Positions 17,187 through 29,200 of a DNA stretch of 64,000 bases are shown in pieces. The first letter of the stretch is position 1. Each line of letters begins with the position of its first letter. The notes under the pieces were generated by a model. It made no database searches. It was not told the DNA's origin and was given only the letters and a program-made list of their open reading frames with translations. Origin of the DNA: an uncultured virus (IMG/VR IMGVR_UViG_3300027631_000013) (lineage: Duplodnaviria; Heunggongvirae; Uroviricota; Caudoviricetes); the IMG/VR virus record IMGVR_UViG_3300027631_000013, one strand, 5' to 3'. The position numbers and the translations under genes are program-made.

Positions 17187-18018
17187 TAATCAAAAATTCT
17201 TCTTTAAACACAGATTTAGATTCTGCAACCACAAGTCCATTCTCATCTACTATTTGAGATTTGCCTTGAAAAAATAAGCCAGGAATAATAAATCCACAAC
17301 AGTAAGGCCGTATTATTGCAATGTTGTTATCTTTAGCTCTTTGCAATTGCGGTCTTTCTGTTTTTTCATCAAAGGGATAATGTGGCCAAGGTCTCCATCC
17401 ACTAGAAGGAGCCACTATATAATCTGCCCCTTTTTCTTTCATTTCTTTAATAATATAATCGTGGTTGAGATCATAACAAATTACAGCACCAATATTACCC
17501 TTAGATGTTTTAATTGGGTCTGATTCTGTATTTGATTTTACACCCCAAGATATTTCTAAAGGCACTAATTCTTGCTTTAAATATTCTCCAACAAATTCGC
17601 CATTGTCAAAAACCAAAGAAGAATTGTATATATCCCCATTTCTTTGAACATAAATAGAACCAGCAACAACTACGACATTGTATTTTTTAGATAATTCAGA
17701 AAATGTTCTTCTTATCACTCTTTCTATTTTGTTTTGAGAGAGCCATTTACCCATCTTATCTAATTTGATTTTTGATAAGATGATGTCAGATAATTTTTCA
17801 AGGAACGATTTAAATGAAGATTGTTTTACAGGAGCAGTTTCTTTTACCCAAGCAAGACAAAAGCTGATATCCTCTGGGAACACGAGGACATCAGCTTTAT
17901 GCTTAAACGAGTTTATTCTAAATATTCTTTCAATAAAATTAAAGAATGCTTTTTCTGTAAAACATTGAGCCATATTTAATTGTATGGCTGCAATTTTTAC
18001 TAGTTGTTTCTGATCCAA
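17170..18018 (-). CDS. Carbon-nitrogen hydrolase (nitrilase superfamily)
   Basis: KIAAIQL, VLVFPE (Glu), YNSS, YLK (Lys), VICYD (Cys) triad, GKSQIVD. Confidence 0.88.
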   Translation of the reverse strand: MDQKQLVKIAAIQLNMAQCFTEKAFFNFIERIFRINSFKHKADVLVFPEDISFCLAWVKETAPVKQSSFKSFLEKLSDIILSKIKLDKMGKWLSQNKIERVIRRTFSELSKKYNVVVVAGSIYVQRNGDIYNSSLVFDNGEFVGEYLKQELVPLEISWGVKSNTESDPIKTSKGNIGAVICYDLNHDYIIKEMKEKGADYIVAPSSGWRPWPHYPFDEKTERPQLQRAKDNNIAIIRPYCCGFIIPGLFFQGKSQIVDENGLVVAESKSVFKEEFLIINMEV

Positions 18019-18308
18019 TCTGCAAGATCCGCTGCAGCTATTTCTGCATCAACCTTAGCTTGTGCATTTGCTTCCTTAGAAGATTTTTCAACAAGATAAG
18101 TTTTTGTTACATCTAAAATGAAATATGCAATACAATCTTCTACATAATTTGCTTTAGTAATAGGATTGTCAATTTCATTACCTGCATTGTCAGAAACTTT
18201 GTCTGCAGGAACTGGTGCGCTATATGGTCTTTTAGCTACAAATGCATCGATTACATTTTGAGCATCTGACTCTCTTACTGGAATACTTACTACAAAATCA
18301 ATTACCAT
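18000..18308 (-). CDS. Hypothetical protein, paralog of the N-terminal domain of 18310..19167
   Basis: IPVRESDAQNVIDAF...NPITK versus VPIRDVDAQDVKDAF...NPVTK. Confidence 0.7.
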   Translation of the reverse strand: MVIDFVVSIPVRESDAQNVIDAFVAKRPYSAPVPADKVSDNAGNEIDNPITKANYVEDCIAYFILDVTKTYLVEKSSKEANAQAKVDAEIAAADLADWIRNN

Positions 18309-18309
18309 C

Positions 18310-19167
18310 TTATTCCTCCGTCACTGTAATATGAACAGTAGCTGGGTCACTATAATAAACTCCATCAAAAGCCTTAAAAGTAAATGAATCTTCACCTACA
18401 AAGTCAGTGTTAGGAACATATGTTTGTGTATTTGTATCGTTTTGGAAAAGGCTTCCACTTGCAGATGGTGTTTCTACAGAGTAAGTTAAAGAATCGTTTT
18501 CAGGATCTGTTCCACTTAAATCAATTGAAATAGTACCATTTTTAACAACTGAAACATGAAGAGTACTTGCTATTGGATTATGACTTACAACATCAATTAC
18601 AACATTAACTGGAGGACTGTATTTTGTACCATTGAAAGCTTTAATACTAATTACTGCTTGACCGCTAAAATTAACATCAGGGGTGTAAAGCAATTCACTG
18701 TCTGAAATTAAAACTGTACCATTAGAAGGCTGATTTACAACTTCAAATGTTAACGGTAAATTATCAGGGTCAGATGCTACTAAATTAATAACTGCATTGT
18801 CTCCCTTGCTAATAGATGCTGTCGCTTCTTCTACAGTAGGATAGTTTTCAAATGGATTGACAGGAAGAGCTTCAATTCTTGCTGCATCAAATAAAGCAAT
18901 ATTCTCCTGAGCTCTTTGTGAAGCTGCAGAAGAAGCTTCATTTCTTGCCACTAATTCAGCATTTTCAATGGAGTATGATTTTAAAATAGTCAATAAAAAT
19001 TGTGTGCAGCAACTCTTAACAAATTGCTCTTTAGTGACTGGGTTTGGCTCCATGATGCCATTACCTAAATCAATTGTTTCTCTATATCCATAAGTAGCTG
19101 CAAATGCATCTTTTACATCTTGAGCATCCACATCTCTAATCGGAACATTAATTGTAAAACCTAACAT
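18310..19167 (-). CDS. Virion protein with two cadherin-like/bacterial Ig domains
   Basis: ASDPDNLPLTF..PSNGT..YTPDVNFSG and GTDPENDSLTY..YVPNTDFVGEDSFTFKAFDG. Confidence 0.8.
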   Translation of the reverse strand: MLGFTINVPIRDVDAQDVKDAFAATYGYRETIDLGNGIMEPNPVTKEQFVKSCCTQFLLTILKSYSIENAELVARNEASSAASQRAQENIALFDAARIEALPVNPFENYPTVEEATASISKGDNAVINLVASDPDNLPLTFEVVNQPSNGTVLISDSELLYTPDVNFSGQAVISIKAFNGTKYSPPVNVVIDVVSHNPIASTLHVSVVKNGTISIDLSGTDPENDSLTYSVETPSASGSLFQNDTNTQTYVPNTDFVGEDSFTFKAFDGVYYSDPATVHITVTEE

Positions 19168-19191
19168 TTCAATTACCTCTCTTTTTATATT

Positions 19192-20742
19192 CTAATAATG
19201 TCTATCAGTTCGCCTTCTAGCTTCATTTGCATTATCTGTATTCTCAAAAGCTAAAATCCATCCTTTTCTAGCAGTGGCGTTAGCTGTTGTGTAGTTGATA
19301 GAAAATCCTGGCCTTGAATCAAAATCAACTAAACTAGCTACAACAAGATCTGATGGAGCTTCACCACTTGATCTTGCTAATGCTAAAAGGCTTCCAGACA
19401 TTTGTGAAAAGACAAATGAATTGTTATTATTTGCATCTTCATCACCGAAAGAAATACAATATTGACCTTGATTTGAGTAAACAAAGGTTGATCCAGCAGA
19501 AGCGTTTATTGCAGCATTAGCAGTAAGCGTAATTGATGTTTGTGAGCCTACTGTACTAATAGTGCCTATAAGTGAATTAGTATGATTATATAGTTTAAAC
19601 CCAGGAGCATATCTATAAAATGAAGTTCCTGTACCTGTTACTGTTGCACTGCCTGTACTTGCAGAAATTGTACCCACGCCATCAAAATACAATGAATCAT
19701 TACTTCTGTTTCCACCAAAAAACTGTATTGAATCAGAGCCAGGAGATGTAGTTGTTCTTGTAGCGTCTGCCGTTGCGTTTACTGCACCACCAATTAGTGT
19801 TTTAGGAACAAAACCTGTAGACCCTAGCGCTGTAAATACCTCTCCGGTTGTAGTTGATGTATTTAAATCTCTCAAAGCAAAGTGAGTTGGGCTGGCACCT
19901 TTAATTGCTAAAAATATAAAATTATTGTTAGAACCACTAGCAGCGTCACTAGATGTTAAAGTAAATCCACCTGTAGTTATGCCTGATATAGTATGATTAT
20001 ATGGGCCTACGCCTGTAGAAGTCGAATATGTCACTAAATCGTTTGGATCATATACAGACATACAATCTATTGGGTCTGCTCCATTTTCATAATGCCAATA
20101 TACTGATTTTTGTAATAGTGGAGATCTTGTCGCTGCGCCAAAAGATATTCTACAATCGTCTGTAAGCCCAGCGTTTAATGCACTTATAACTGTAGCACCA
20201 ATAACTACATCTGGCCTAAAGTTTAAAGCTGAGTATGTTACTGTACCGCCTGCTGTAGTTGCCATTGGTACTGTTCCAATTCCAACAGTAACATCATCTC
20301 CACCAAAAAATGTGATGATAGCCTCTATATGTCCATTAGTTTGTGGTGTATCAGCAGAAAATGTAAAATCTGCAAAATCTGTACCAAAAGCAACAGCTGT
20401 GCATTGATAATAAACAGTGCCACCACTTGTATTTGTAGCAAATATTGCTCTTGAATTAGAATTTTGTCTCCTGCCTGCAGTAGGGCTTTGGTTGTCTTGA
20501 ATAGATATATAAGCACTATGCTCTAATATTGTTGCAACTCCATCTCCTCTAGGCCCAGCAAATCCAATTCCCAAGTTTCTTTGTGCAAGAGCTGTGTCAA
20601 AAGCATCAGTAGCAGCATTGACTTCTGCATACATAATCATGCATGCTTTAGGAGTACCAAAACCTGGTTCTGTTTGAACACGTACAGCTCGGTTAGTTGC
20701 TTCTGCAGACCAAAATCTTCTTCTTACTACACAGGTTTTCAT
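19192..20742 (-). CDS. Beta-rich virion/tail-fibre-associated protein
   Basis: 516 aa, G/T/S-rich; FRPDVVI and FVPK repeats; GTISASTGSATVTGTGTSF phage fibre motif. Confidence 0.65.
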   Translation of the reverse strand: MKTCVVRRRFWSAEATNRAVRVQTEPGFGTPKACMIMYAEVNAATDAFDTALAQRNLGIGFAGPRGDGVATILEHSAYISIQDNQSPTAGRRQNSNSRAIFATNTSGGTVYYQCTAVAFGTDFADFTFSADTPQTNGHIEAIITFFGGDDVTVGIGTVPMATTAGGTVTYSALNFRPDVVIGATVISALNAGLTDDCRISFGAATRSPLLQKSVYWHYENGADPIDCMSVYDPNDLVTYSTSTGVGPYNHTISGITTGGFTLTSSDAASGSNNNFIFLAIKGASPTHFALRDLNTSTTTGEVFTALGSTGFVPKTLIGGAVNATADATRTTTSPGSDSIQFFGGNRSNDSLYFDGVGTISASTGSATVTGTGTSFYRYAPGFKLYNHTNSLIGTISTVGSQTSITLTANAAINASAGSTFVYSNQGQYCISFGDEDANNNNSFVFSQMSGSLLALARSSGEAPSDLVVASLVDFDSRPGFSINYTTANATARKGWILAFENTDNANEARRRTDRHY

Positions 20743-21810
20743 TTAAACTTCTTCTAACTCCAAAGATACTGAAAAATTAGCATGGGTAGCATTTAAAGCA
20801 GTAAAATTGATTCTTAGCTTGTCATTTGAAGTAAGTGCAAGTCCAGCTGCAGCAAAGGCAGAACCTTGTACTTCATAAACAGCACCACCAGTAATAGTCA
20901 AAGAACTTACAGCTGTGCCTGAAAAAGCTGAAGTTCCAGTGTATTTTTCTAATTGTATAGTAGATGTACCAGCAGATGGAGTTTCTACTCTTACATGAAA
21001 CTCTTTTGGAATATAAGTTAAAGATGTGGTGCCGTCTGTTGGGCTGTCAGGTATTCTTACAATTACAGTATCAGCTCCTGCTGCTGTAGGAGTGTAACCA
21101 CTACAGAAGCTGATTACTAATGGTCTTTTTGCTCTAATTGTCCCTGAAGATGTTATCAATACACCAGTAGAAAAAGTGATACCAGTGCCTGCGGTGATAG
21201 CAATTCCACCACTACCTGCAGCTACTGTAGTCCAACCTAAACCTCCAGAACCATTAGTAAACAACACCTGTAAGTTTGATCCATCAGCAGCAGGAAGTGT
21301 ATAGTTTACGTTGCCTGAGTTAGCACCACCCTTTATAGAAGAATAAAAAGTATTTCCAGAGTTATAGAACCTAATTGTATTTGCTCTATTAATTTCTAAA
21401 AAGTTTGAACCAGAAGCTACATTTCCAGAAAAGAAGAATTGTTGGTTTGCGTCAGAAGTGGTTCCAAAAGCAGTGTTGCCTTTTACTTGCAATTTATTAG
21501 TTGCAGCGGGAGTTGTTTCACCAATTCCTACTACTCCACCAAACTCAGCAATACCAATAGTAGCCCCAGCAGAAGCTCTTAATAATGGAGTTCCAGATAC
21601 ATCATTTACAGACCAAATTGTTCCTACTGTTAAATTGTTGTCTAGTGAAAAAACTTGTCCCTCATTGCTATAAAATGATATTGAGTTATCATTTAGTACT
21701 TCCATTGTAATAACAGAAGTACCAGCTGCAGATCCAGTAAAAACAATTTTCGGTGTAGTTACTTTATTTCTGCTAGGGGTAATTTTTATATTCTTATCTA
21801 TATCTGGCAT
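20743..21810 (-). CDS. Short fibre-family protein
   Basis: Shares the DKNI(K/R)I start, DN.ISF..GQ.FS..SVND.SG.P module and RFYNS.NTFY...TLP.ADG module with the two giant fibres. Confidence 0.75.
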   Translation of the reverse strand: MPDIDKNIKITPSRNKVTTPKIVFTGSAAGTSVITMEVLNDNSISFYSNEGQVFSLDNNLTVGTIWSVNDVSGTPLLRASAGATIGIAEFGGVVGIGETTPAATNKLQVKGNTAFGTTSDANQQFFFSGNVASGSNFLEINRANTIRFYNSGNTFYSSIKGGANSGNVNYTLPAADGSNLQVLFTNGSGGLGWTTVAAGSGGIAITAGTGITFSTGVLITSSGTIRAKRPLVISFCSGYTPTAAGADTVIVRIPDSPTDGTTSLTYIPKEFHVRVETPSAGTSTIQLEKYTGTSAFSGTAVSSLTITGGAVYEVQGSAFAAAGLALTSNDKLRINFTALNATHANFSVSLELEEV

Positions 21811-21822
21811 ATCATTTACCTA

Positions 21823-22485
21823 TTAGTCATATCTACCTTTCATAGCGTTATAGTTTTTTGTAATTTCTCTCTCTGATAATGCTTTTTTATAAACCTTAGC
21901 TTGAGATATATATCCATTTAATCTTAAAGTTCTAGCAGGGTTAGTACCAAGATAAAATGGTGAATTAGTAGTATTTATACTTGCTGTAGAAGCGTTGTAT
22001 CTCAAAACACCATTAATATATAATTTAGATGTGATAGAATTGCTAGTTAAAAATTCACCAATATATGCAACGTGATACCAAACATTAGCATCATAAGTTA
22101 ATGTAGTAGCAACCCCAGAGTTTCCAATACTTAAGTTCCAAACAGTAGATGAAGTTTCTATTCCAAAGCCTGTACCAGCTCCATTAGCACCAACAGACAT
22201 TACCGACTGAACAGCTTTAGAAGTAAACTTAACCCATGCTGTCAATGTTCTTGAGTTTGCTCCAGTTATGCCTGTATTTGAAAATGATGTTACAATTCCA
22301 GCGCCACCAAATGATATATAACTTGCACCACTAGAGTTGACAATGCTAATACCTGTAGATGTTGCAGTATTACCAGACACACTGTTTTTGATAGTAGACC
22401 CACTTATAGATCTAATATTTACAGCATCTACAGATCCAAATAGTGAATCAAAACCTTCTATTCTAGGCCCATTTCCTACACCCAT
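21823..22485 (-). CDS. LamG/concanavalin-A-like domain protein
   Basis: TLTAWVK, WYHVA, LYING, YKKALSEREITKNY. Confidence 0.8.
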   Translation of the reverse strand: MGVGNGPRIEGFDSLFGSVDAVNIRSISGSTIKNSVSGNTATSTGISIVNSSGASYISFGGAGIVTSFSNTGITGANSRTLTAWVKFTSKAVQSVMSVGANGAGTGFGIETSSTVWNLSIGNSGVATTLTYDANVWYHVAYIGEFLTSNSITSKLYINGVLRYNASTASINTTNSPFYLGTNPARTLRLNGYISQAKVYKKALSEREITKNYNAMKGRYD

Positions 22486-23204
22486 TATTGAGGTACCTCC
22501 AATCCGCCTGCCCCTGCTATGACAAATCTACCTTTAAATGAATCATAATTATTTTTTATGTCTGCTGCTGTTAAGGCACTTCTATACAGTCTTACTATCG
22601 CTATATTTCCAGCAAAAGTATTAGTTGCGCCAGAATTATTTCCTATAAAATCATTGCCAGTATATGAAGATGGAGATGTAATACTGCTTGAGCCTATACT
22701 TGCCCCATTAACATAAAAAGTTGCAGTGCCAGAGCTAAATGACAAAGCTACTTGTTGCCATGCATTCAAAGTAATACAGTTTCCAATTCTTGCAGAGAAA
22801 CCAGATACTGCGTATGTGTTTAACTGTAAGCCTGCTGTTACTGTGCTGTTATCCAATGAAAATATAAAACCAGTAAGTGAGCCTGATGAATGTTGAAATA
22901 TTCTTCCAGAGTTGCCTTCACCATAACCTGTAGGGTAAATCCATGCTTCACATGTCCAAGAAGTAGTAACATTTCCACCATTTGTTGTACCCAAGTTGAC
23001 CAAGCTTGTAGTTCCATTAAAAGTTAAAGCTAGAGTGCCACCAGATCCAGTTAAAGTACAAGAAGTTAATGCTCCTACATTATTAAATGTTGAAACATCA
23101 AACCAGTTAGAACCACTACCAGGATATGATCTAACATTTGCGGCATCTACATTTAAACATAGCAATTCATATGAAGTTATTGATGGATTATAAAATTGTC
23201 CCAT
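22485..23204 (-). CDS. LamG/concanavalin-A-like domain protein
   Basis: DAANVRSYPGSG.WFD, TCEAWI, FYVNG, YRSALT..DI..NY; second Met taken as start. Confidence 0.8.
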   Translation of the reverse strand: MGQFYNPSITSYELLCLNVDAANVRSYPGSGSNWFDVSTFNNVGALTSCTLTGSGGTLALTFNGTTSLVNLGTTNGGNVTTSWTCEAWIYPTGYGEGNSGRIFQHSSGSLTGFIFSLDNSTVTAGLQLNTYAVSGFSARIGNCITLNAWQQVALSFSSGTATFYVNGASIGSSSITSPSSYTGNDFIGNNSGATNTFAGNIAIVRLYRSALTAADIKNNYDSFKGRFVIAGAGGLEVPQ

Positions 23205-26200
23205 TTTCATACTCCACTACAAGTTTAGGAATGTCAATTCTTTCTGCCCAAACTGTAAAGAAACAATTTATTGGGTTGTCGTTAAAGTCATTAATATGGA
23301 TTTTATAATCTTCAATCTTTTCAACATAAAGTATTGAATTTGTTTTACCAATTGGGGTCAAGGTAACTGTTAATGATTCTGGGTGTACTAAGCCTGTCCA
23401 ATAATCAGGTGTTTCAATTACATATTCGTCTTTCAATATGCCTCTTACATATACGCCGTTTTCTGGGCCTTCTAAGGAACCGTATCTTAGTTTCCAGTTG
23501 TTCTTAAGAGGGTGGTTAATCACGAAGGATTTGTTAGTAGCAGAAATCTCACCTTCAATCTCTAATTCGTAAGCAGGGTTAGTTACACCAATACCCACTC
23601 TAATTTGGGTAGTTCCTATACCATTAACAATAAAGAATGTATTGCCAATTGCAGAACCACCAAAGACTCTAACTGTATTTGTTGTGCCTGATGTAGAATA
23701 TTCAAATCCTGTAGCATCTTTTACGGAAGAACCAGTGCCAGGATAATATGCTAATCTTGCTGATGTACCAGAAGCAACCGTACCAGCACCACCGCCACTA
23801 GCACCAGGAGCAGACCAATAAAGCTGACCACTAGCACCAGCAGTAGCTAATACACTTCCAGCAGTTCCAGCAGATGTAGGAAGAATAAAAGTTAAATCTG
23901 AGGTTGCATTTGTTGCACCAGTTAACGCAGTGTAAAAGGTCTGGCCTGTATTATAAAATGTTAGAGCTGCAGGAGAATCTACAAGTATAGAACCTAAACT
24001 ATCTATCTGTAAAATCCCACCATTAGTTGACTTGAGTGCTTGAGTTGTAGGACCTAAAGCCCAATATACATCTCCGAAGCTGCTTTTAAACTGAACACTA
24101 TCAACACTTGCTCCATTTGTTGCATTTACTAATAATGCAGGTAAGGAACCCTGTGCTAACAATTCCATTGAAGCGGCAGCAGTATTTATTGATACTCTAT
24201 TGTATGAAGCAACTGAAGCCCCAGTTCCAGGATAGTATGCAACTAAAGATGCAGCTGAAGGCACAGCAACTGTTCCACCTCCACCGCTACCAGTAGAATC
24301 AACTTGCCATGAAGGAGCAGTACCAGCCCCATTAGATTTTAAAACTGATCCTGCAGTGCCAGCCGCAAGTCTAGTTAAAGCTGTGGTTGAGGATGCATAA
24401 AGGATATCACCAATTGCATATGAAACTTGTCCAGTACCACCATTTACAGCGGATATTGCAGTACCAGCCCATGCACCACTTGTAATTGTGCTATTTATGT
24501 GTGAAACGCCAGATATTGAGGAAAGGTTAGCTGTAGCAGTCCATAAGCTTCCTCCAATACCAACACCTCCAGTTACTACTAATGCACCAGTTGAAGTAGA
24601 TGTTGATGTTGTTGTGCCATTAATATTAGCACCTGAAGCAGTGATTGTATTACCAAGGGCGCTAACTCCTGAAAGAACATATGCAGGAGTACTACCAATA
24701 GATGCGTTACTTCTAGAACCAGTTAAGAAAATTGTAGATGTAGTATCAAGTACCACGTTGATATTTGCTGAGTTAGTGGCTGTTCCTGCACTTCCAGCAT
24801 TAGTAGCTGTTGTAGCTGAACCAGCATTTGTAGCTGTACCTGCACTACCAGCGTTAGTGGCTGTCCCTGCTGTACCAGCGGATGTTGCTGTTGTGGCTGA
24901 CCCTGCTGTTACTGAAGTTCCAGCTGAACCTGCTGTTGTAGCAGTAGTGGCTGCGCCAGCAAAACCAGCAGAGGTAGCTGTTGTAGCAGAACCAGCGTTT
25001 CCTGCGTTGGTTGCTGTACCTGCTGTACCAGCAGAAGTTGCAGTAGTAGCTGATCCGGCACTTCCTGCGTTAGTGGCCGTACCTGCTGTTCCAGCAGATG
25101 TAGCGGTGGTGGCTGCTCCAGCAAATCCAGCATTAGTTGCTGTTCCAGCTGTTCCAGCTGAAGTTGCAGTTGTAGCTGATCCAGCACTTCCAGCATTAGT
25201 AGCAGTACCTGCTGTACCAGCAGAAGTTGCAGTAGTAGCAGATCCAGCACTTCCAGCGTTAGTAGCAGTTCCTGCTGTACCAGCAGAAGTTGCAGTGGTC
25301 GCATTACCAGAGAATGTTGTTGCTGTTATTGTATTACCAAGTGCAGAAACACCTGAAAGAACATAAACTGCTGTGCTTCCAATAGAAGCATTACTTCTTG
25401 AACCAGTTAAGTAAATTGTAGAAGTGGTATCGAGTACTACATTGGTGTTGGCTGAATTGGTGGCTGTTCCTGCTGAGCCTGCATTAGTGGCTGTCCCTGC
25501 TGTACCAGCAGAGGTTGCAGTGGTAGCAGATCCCGCAAATCCAGCATTCGTTGCTGTTGTAGCAGAACCAGCATTACCAGCATTAGTGGCGGTAGTTGCT
25601 GAACCAGCAGTTACTGATGTTCCAGCACTTCCAGCATTAGTGGCTGTTGTAGCAGAACCTGCAGTTACTGAAGTACCAGCACTTCCTGCATTAGTAGCTG
25701 TAGTAGCGGATCCTGCTGTTACTGATGTTCCAGCCGAACCAGCATTAGTTGCGGTTCCTGCTGTCCCAGCAGAGGTAGCTGTTGTAGCAGAACCAGCATT
25801 ACCAGCATTAGTAGCTGTAGTGGCAGACCCTGCTGTAACTGAAGTTCCTGCAGAACCTGCTGTAGTAGCTGTAGTGGCTGCGCCTGCAAAGCCAGCATTA
25901 ACTGCTGTACCTGCTGATCCAGCTGATGTAGAGGTTGTAGCATTACCTGATAATGCACCTGTAACAGTTCCATTATTAAGAGTTACACCAGAGATGGAAG
26001 CAAGATTAGATGTTGATGTCCATAAACTACCACCAATACCAACACCACCAGATACAATTAAAGCGCCAGTGGTTGAATTAGTTGAAGCTGTGGAGCCTTG
26101 AATCTTTACATCTTGACCAAAGTAGGAAGTTTTAGCAATACCCGCTCCACCAGAAACAGTTAAACCTCCAGTGGTAGTTGAAGTAGAGGCTGTGGATCTA

Positions 26201-29200
26201 AGAACAGATACTCCTGTTCCACCAATTGTTAGTTCAACATCTAATGGAGATTCAAATGTATGAGTAGTATTTGTTCCATATGTAGCATAATATATATTAC
26301 CATCATTTATAATACTTAATCGATTAGGGTTAGAAGAATAAGATTGATCAAGTACAAAGGATGCATAAATATCAGCATTATTTACAATAGTAAGGCCAGA
26401 ACTTTTGGTATCAGGCCCATTATATGTATTTTTTAATGTAATCTGGCAATTACTTCCACCAATTCCAATTTCTGTTGTTGGAAAATCAATAGGTTTACCT
26501 ATATACAATCTTCCACTAATTCCAACACCACCAGCAACAGTTAAAGCGCCAGTAGTTGGAGTAGTGGAAGCAGTGGAAGAAGATATAATTGTATTACCAG
26601 AGAATGTTTTAGCACCGGCAATTGTTTGTGCTCCTGTTGTTACTAAACCTCTATTAGAACCTGAAGCATCTGGAATGTTAAATGTATGCGTGGAAGTGGA
26701 AGAAGATATATTAAAATCAGTTCCAGAAGTACCAGTAGCAAATGTCTGAGTAGCTGCAGTAAGGCTATTTAAAGTTGTAATTGCTGAAACTGAAGCTATA
26801 GTTGTCCATGCAAGACCAGCTGAACCATTGGTATATAATACTTGATTAGCACTTCCATCAGCAACAGGTAAAGTGAAAGTAACATTAGCAGAAGAAGAAC
26901 CTGCCTTTAATCCAGTGTAGAATGTGTTAGCAGAATTAAAGAATCTTACTTCTTTTTGTGATAATACTTCTATGTTATCTGCTACATCAATGGTTCCAAA
27001 TACATTTAAACTTCCACCAATACCAACACCGCCTGTAACTACTAATGCACCAGTAGTAGTAGAACCAGAAGCAGTAGTACCTTGGATAAATACAGATTGA
27101 CCAAAGTAGGAAGTTTTTCCAATTCCAGCTCCACCAACTAATGTTAAAGCTCCTGTAGTTGATGATGTAGAAGCAGTGGTTTGTGCTATGGAAACTCTTG
27201 TTGAATCTAATTTTAATGTAGTGTTTGGAGAACCTGTATATAAAAGGATGGTTTTAGCTGTACCTGCTCCCAGATTTACATCTCCGTAAGAATTACTAAT
27301 AAATAATAATTGACTAGCAGTAGAACTATTTGAATTATTATAGCCTATAGAAGCAAGATTGCCTACAACATCATTACCAAAAGATAATATTGAATAGCTA
27401 TAATTTACAGGACTAGTATTTTGTATGAGAACTGATACGTCACTAAGATCATTGCTTGAGGCAAAGGCTGCTAATGTATTAGATGAAATACTTGTTGCAG
27501 GTTTACCTCCAACGTTCAATTGCCCACTAATACCAACGCCACCAGTAACAACTAAAGCACCAGAAGTTGGAGAAGTAGAAGCAGTAGAGCCAGTAATTCT
27601 TAAAGCTGATGCGCTTAATGTATTTCCAAGAGCACTAACACCTGAAAGGACATATGAAGGGGTATTGCCAATGGATGCATTACTTCTAGAACCAGTTAAG
27701 TAAATTGTAGAAGTGGTATCAAGTACTACATTTGTATTAGCAGAGTTTGTAGAGGTTGCAGCGCTACCAGCATTAGTTGCTGTTCCAGCACTTCCAGCGT
27801 TAGTAGCAGTACCTGCTGTACCAGCACTTGTAGCTGTAGTAGCACTTCCTGCAGTGACTGAAGTCCCTGCACTACCTGCATTAGTGGCTGTCCCTGCTGT
27901 TCCAGCAGATGTTGCAGTAGTGGCTGCACCTGCAAAGCCAGCATTAGTAGCAGTTGTAGCGCTACCTGCAGTTACCGAAGTACCAGCACTACCTGCAGTT
28001 ACAGATGTTCCTGCAGATCCAGCATTGGTGGCTGTACCTGCTGTACCAGCAGAAGTGGCTGTAGTAGCAGACCCAGAACTTCCAGCAGTAATTGAAGTAC
28101 CAGCAGATCCAGCATTGGTAGCTGTACCAGCTGTGCCTGCAGAAGTAGAGGTTGTTGCAGAACCAGCGTTACCATCTAAATCAGCAACTAAAACACCCTT
28201 AGTACCGCTTACAACTTCTCCAGAAATTGTAGCATCTGTAAATAATGCAAACTTACTTACAGATTGATCCCAGCCAAAGAACCCAGTTTTGCCCGTACCA
28301 GAAACATAATAGAATGCCACACCACGATCTTTTGAATCAGCGGTATTTGGAACTGTACCACCAATAGCTGTGCCAATAGTAATAATTGGATCTACTACAG
28401 TTGATACTGTTGAATTAACTGTTGTAGTGGTTCCATTAACTGTAAGATCTCCAGTTAAAACAAAATTACCACCAACATTTAAGTTTCCTGTTACACCAAG
28501 ACCACCAGAAACAATTAAAGCACCTGAAGTCGATGTTGTTGAATTGGTATTTGAACCTAACCTAGTGTCTTTAGGAACAACGAATAATGAAGATGTTACT
28601 GATATACCACTACCAGAATAAAGCGATGTAGTAGTATTGGCATTATCATTGTCTAATAATGCTAAAAAGTCAGTTCCAGCAAACGTCTGGGTTCTTATAG
28701 CTTCAGCTCTTCCAGCATTAACCGCTGTACCAGCACTTCCTGCATTGACAGCAGTACCTGCCGAACCAGCATTAGTAGCCGTTCCAGCTGTACCAGCATT
28801 AGTGGCAGTGGTTGCTGATCCTGCACTACCAGCATTAGTAGCAGTACCAGCTGTGCCAGCTGAAGTTGCAGTAGTAGCTGCACCAGCAAAACCTGCGTTA
28901 GTGGCTGTACCTGCTGTTCCAGCAGAAGTAGCAGTTGTGGCTGACCCAGCACTTCCTGCTGTGACAGACGTTCCAGCAGAACCTGCATTAGTTGCAGTAC
29001 CTGCTGTTCCAGCTGAAGTGGCAGTTGTAGCGGAACCAGCACTACCAGCATTAGTGGCTGTTGTTGCGTTACCAGAGAATGTTGTTGCTGTTATTGTGTT
29101 GCCTAAAGCAGAAACGCCAGACAATACATAAACTGCTGTATTTCCAATTGAGGCATTACTTCTTGATCCAGTTAAGTAAATTGTAGAAGTGGTATCGAGT

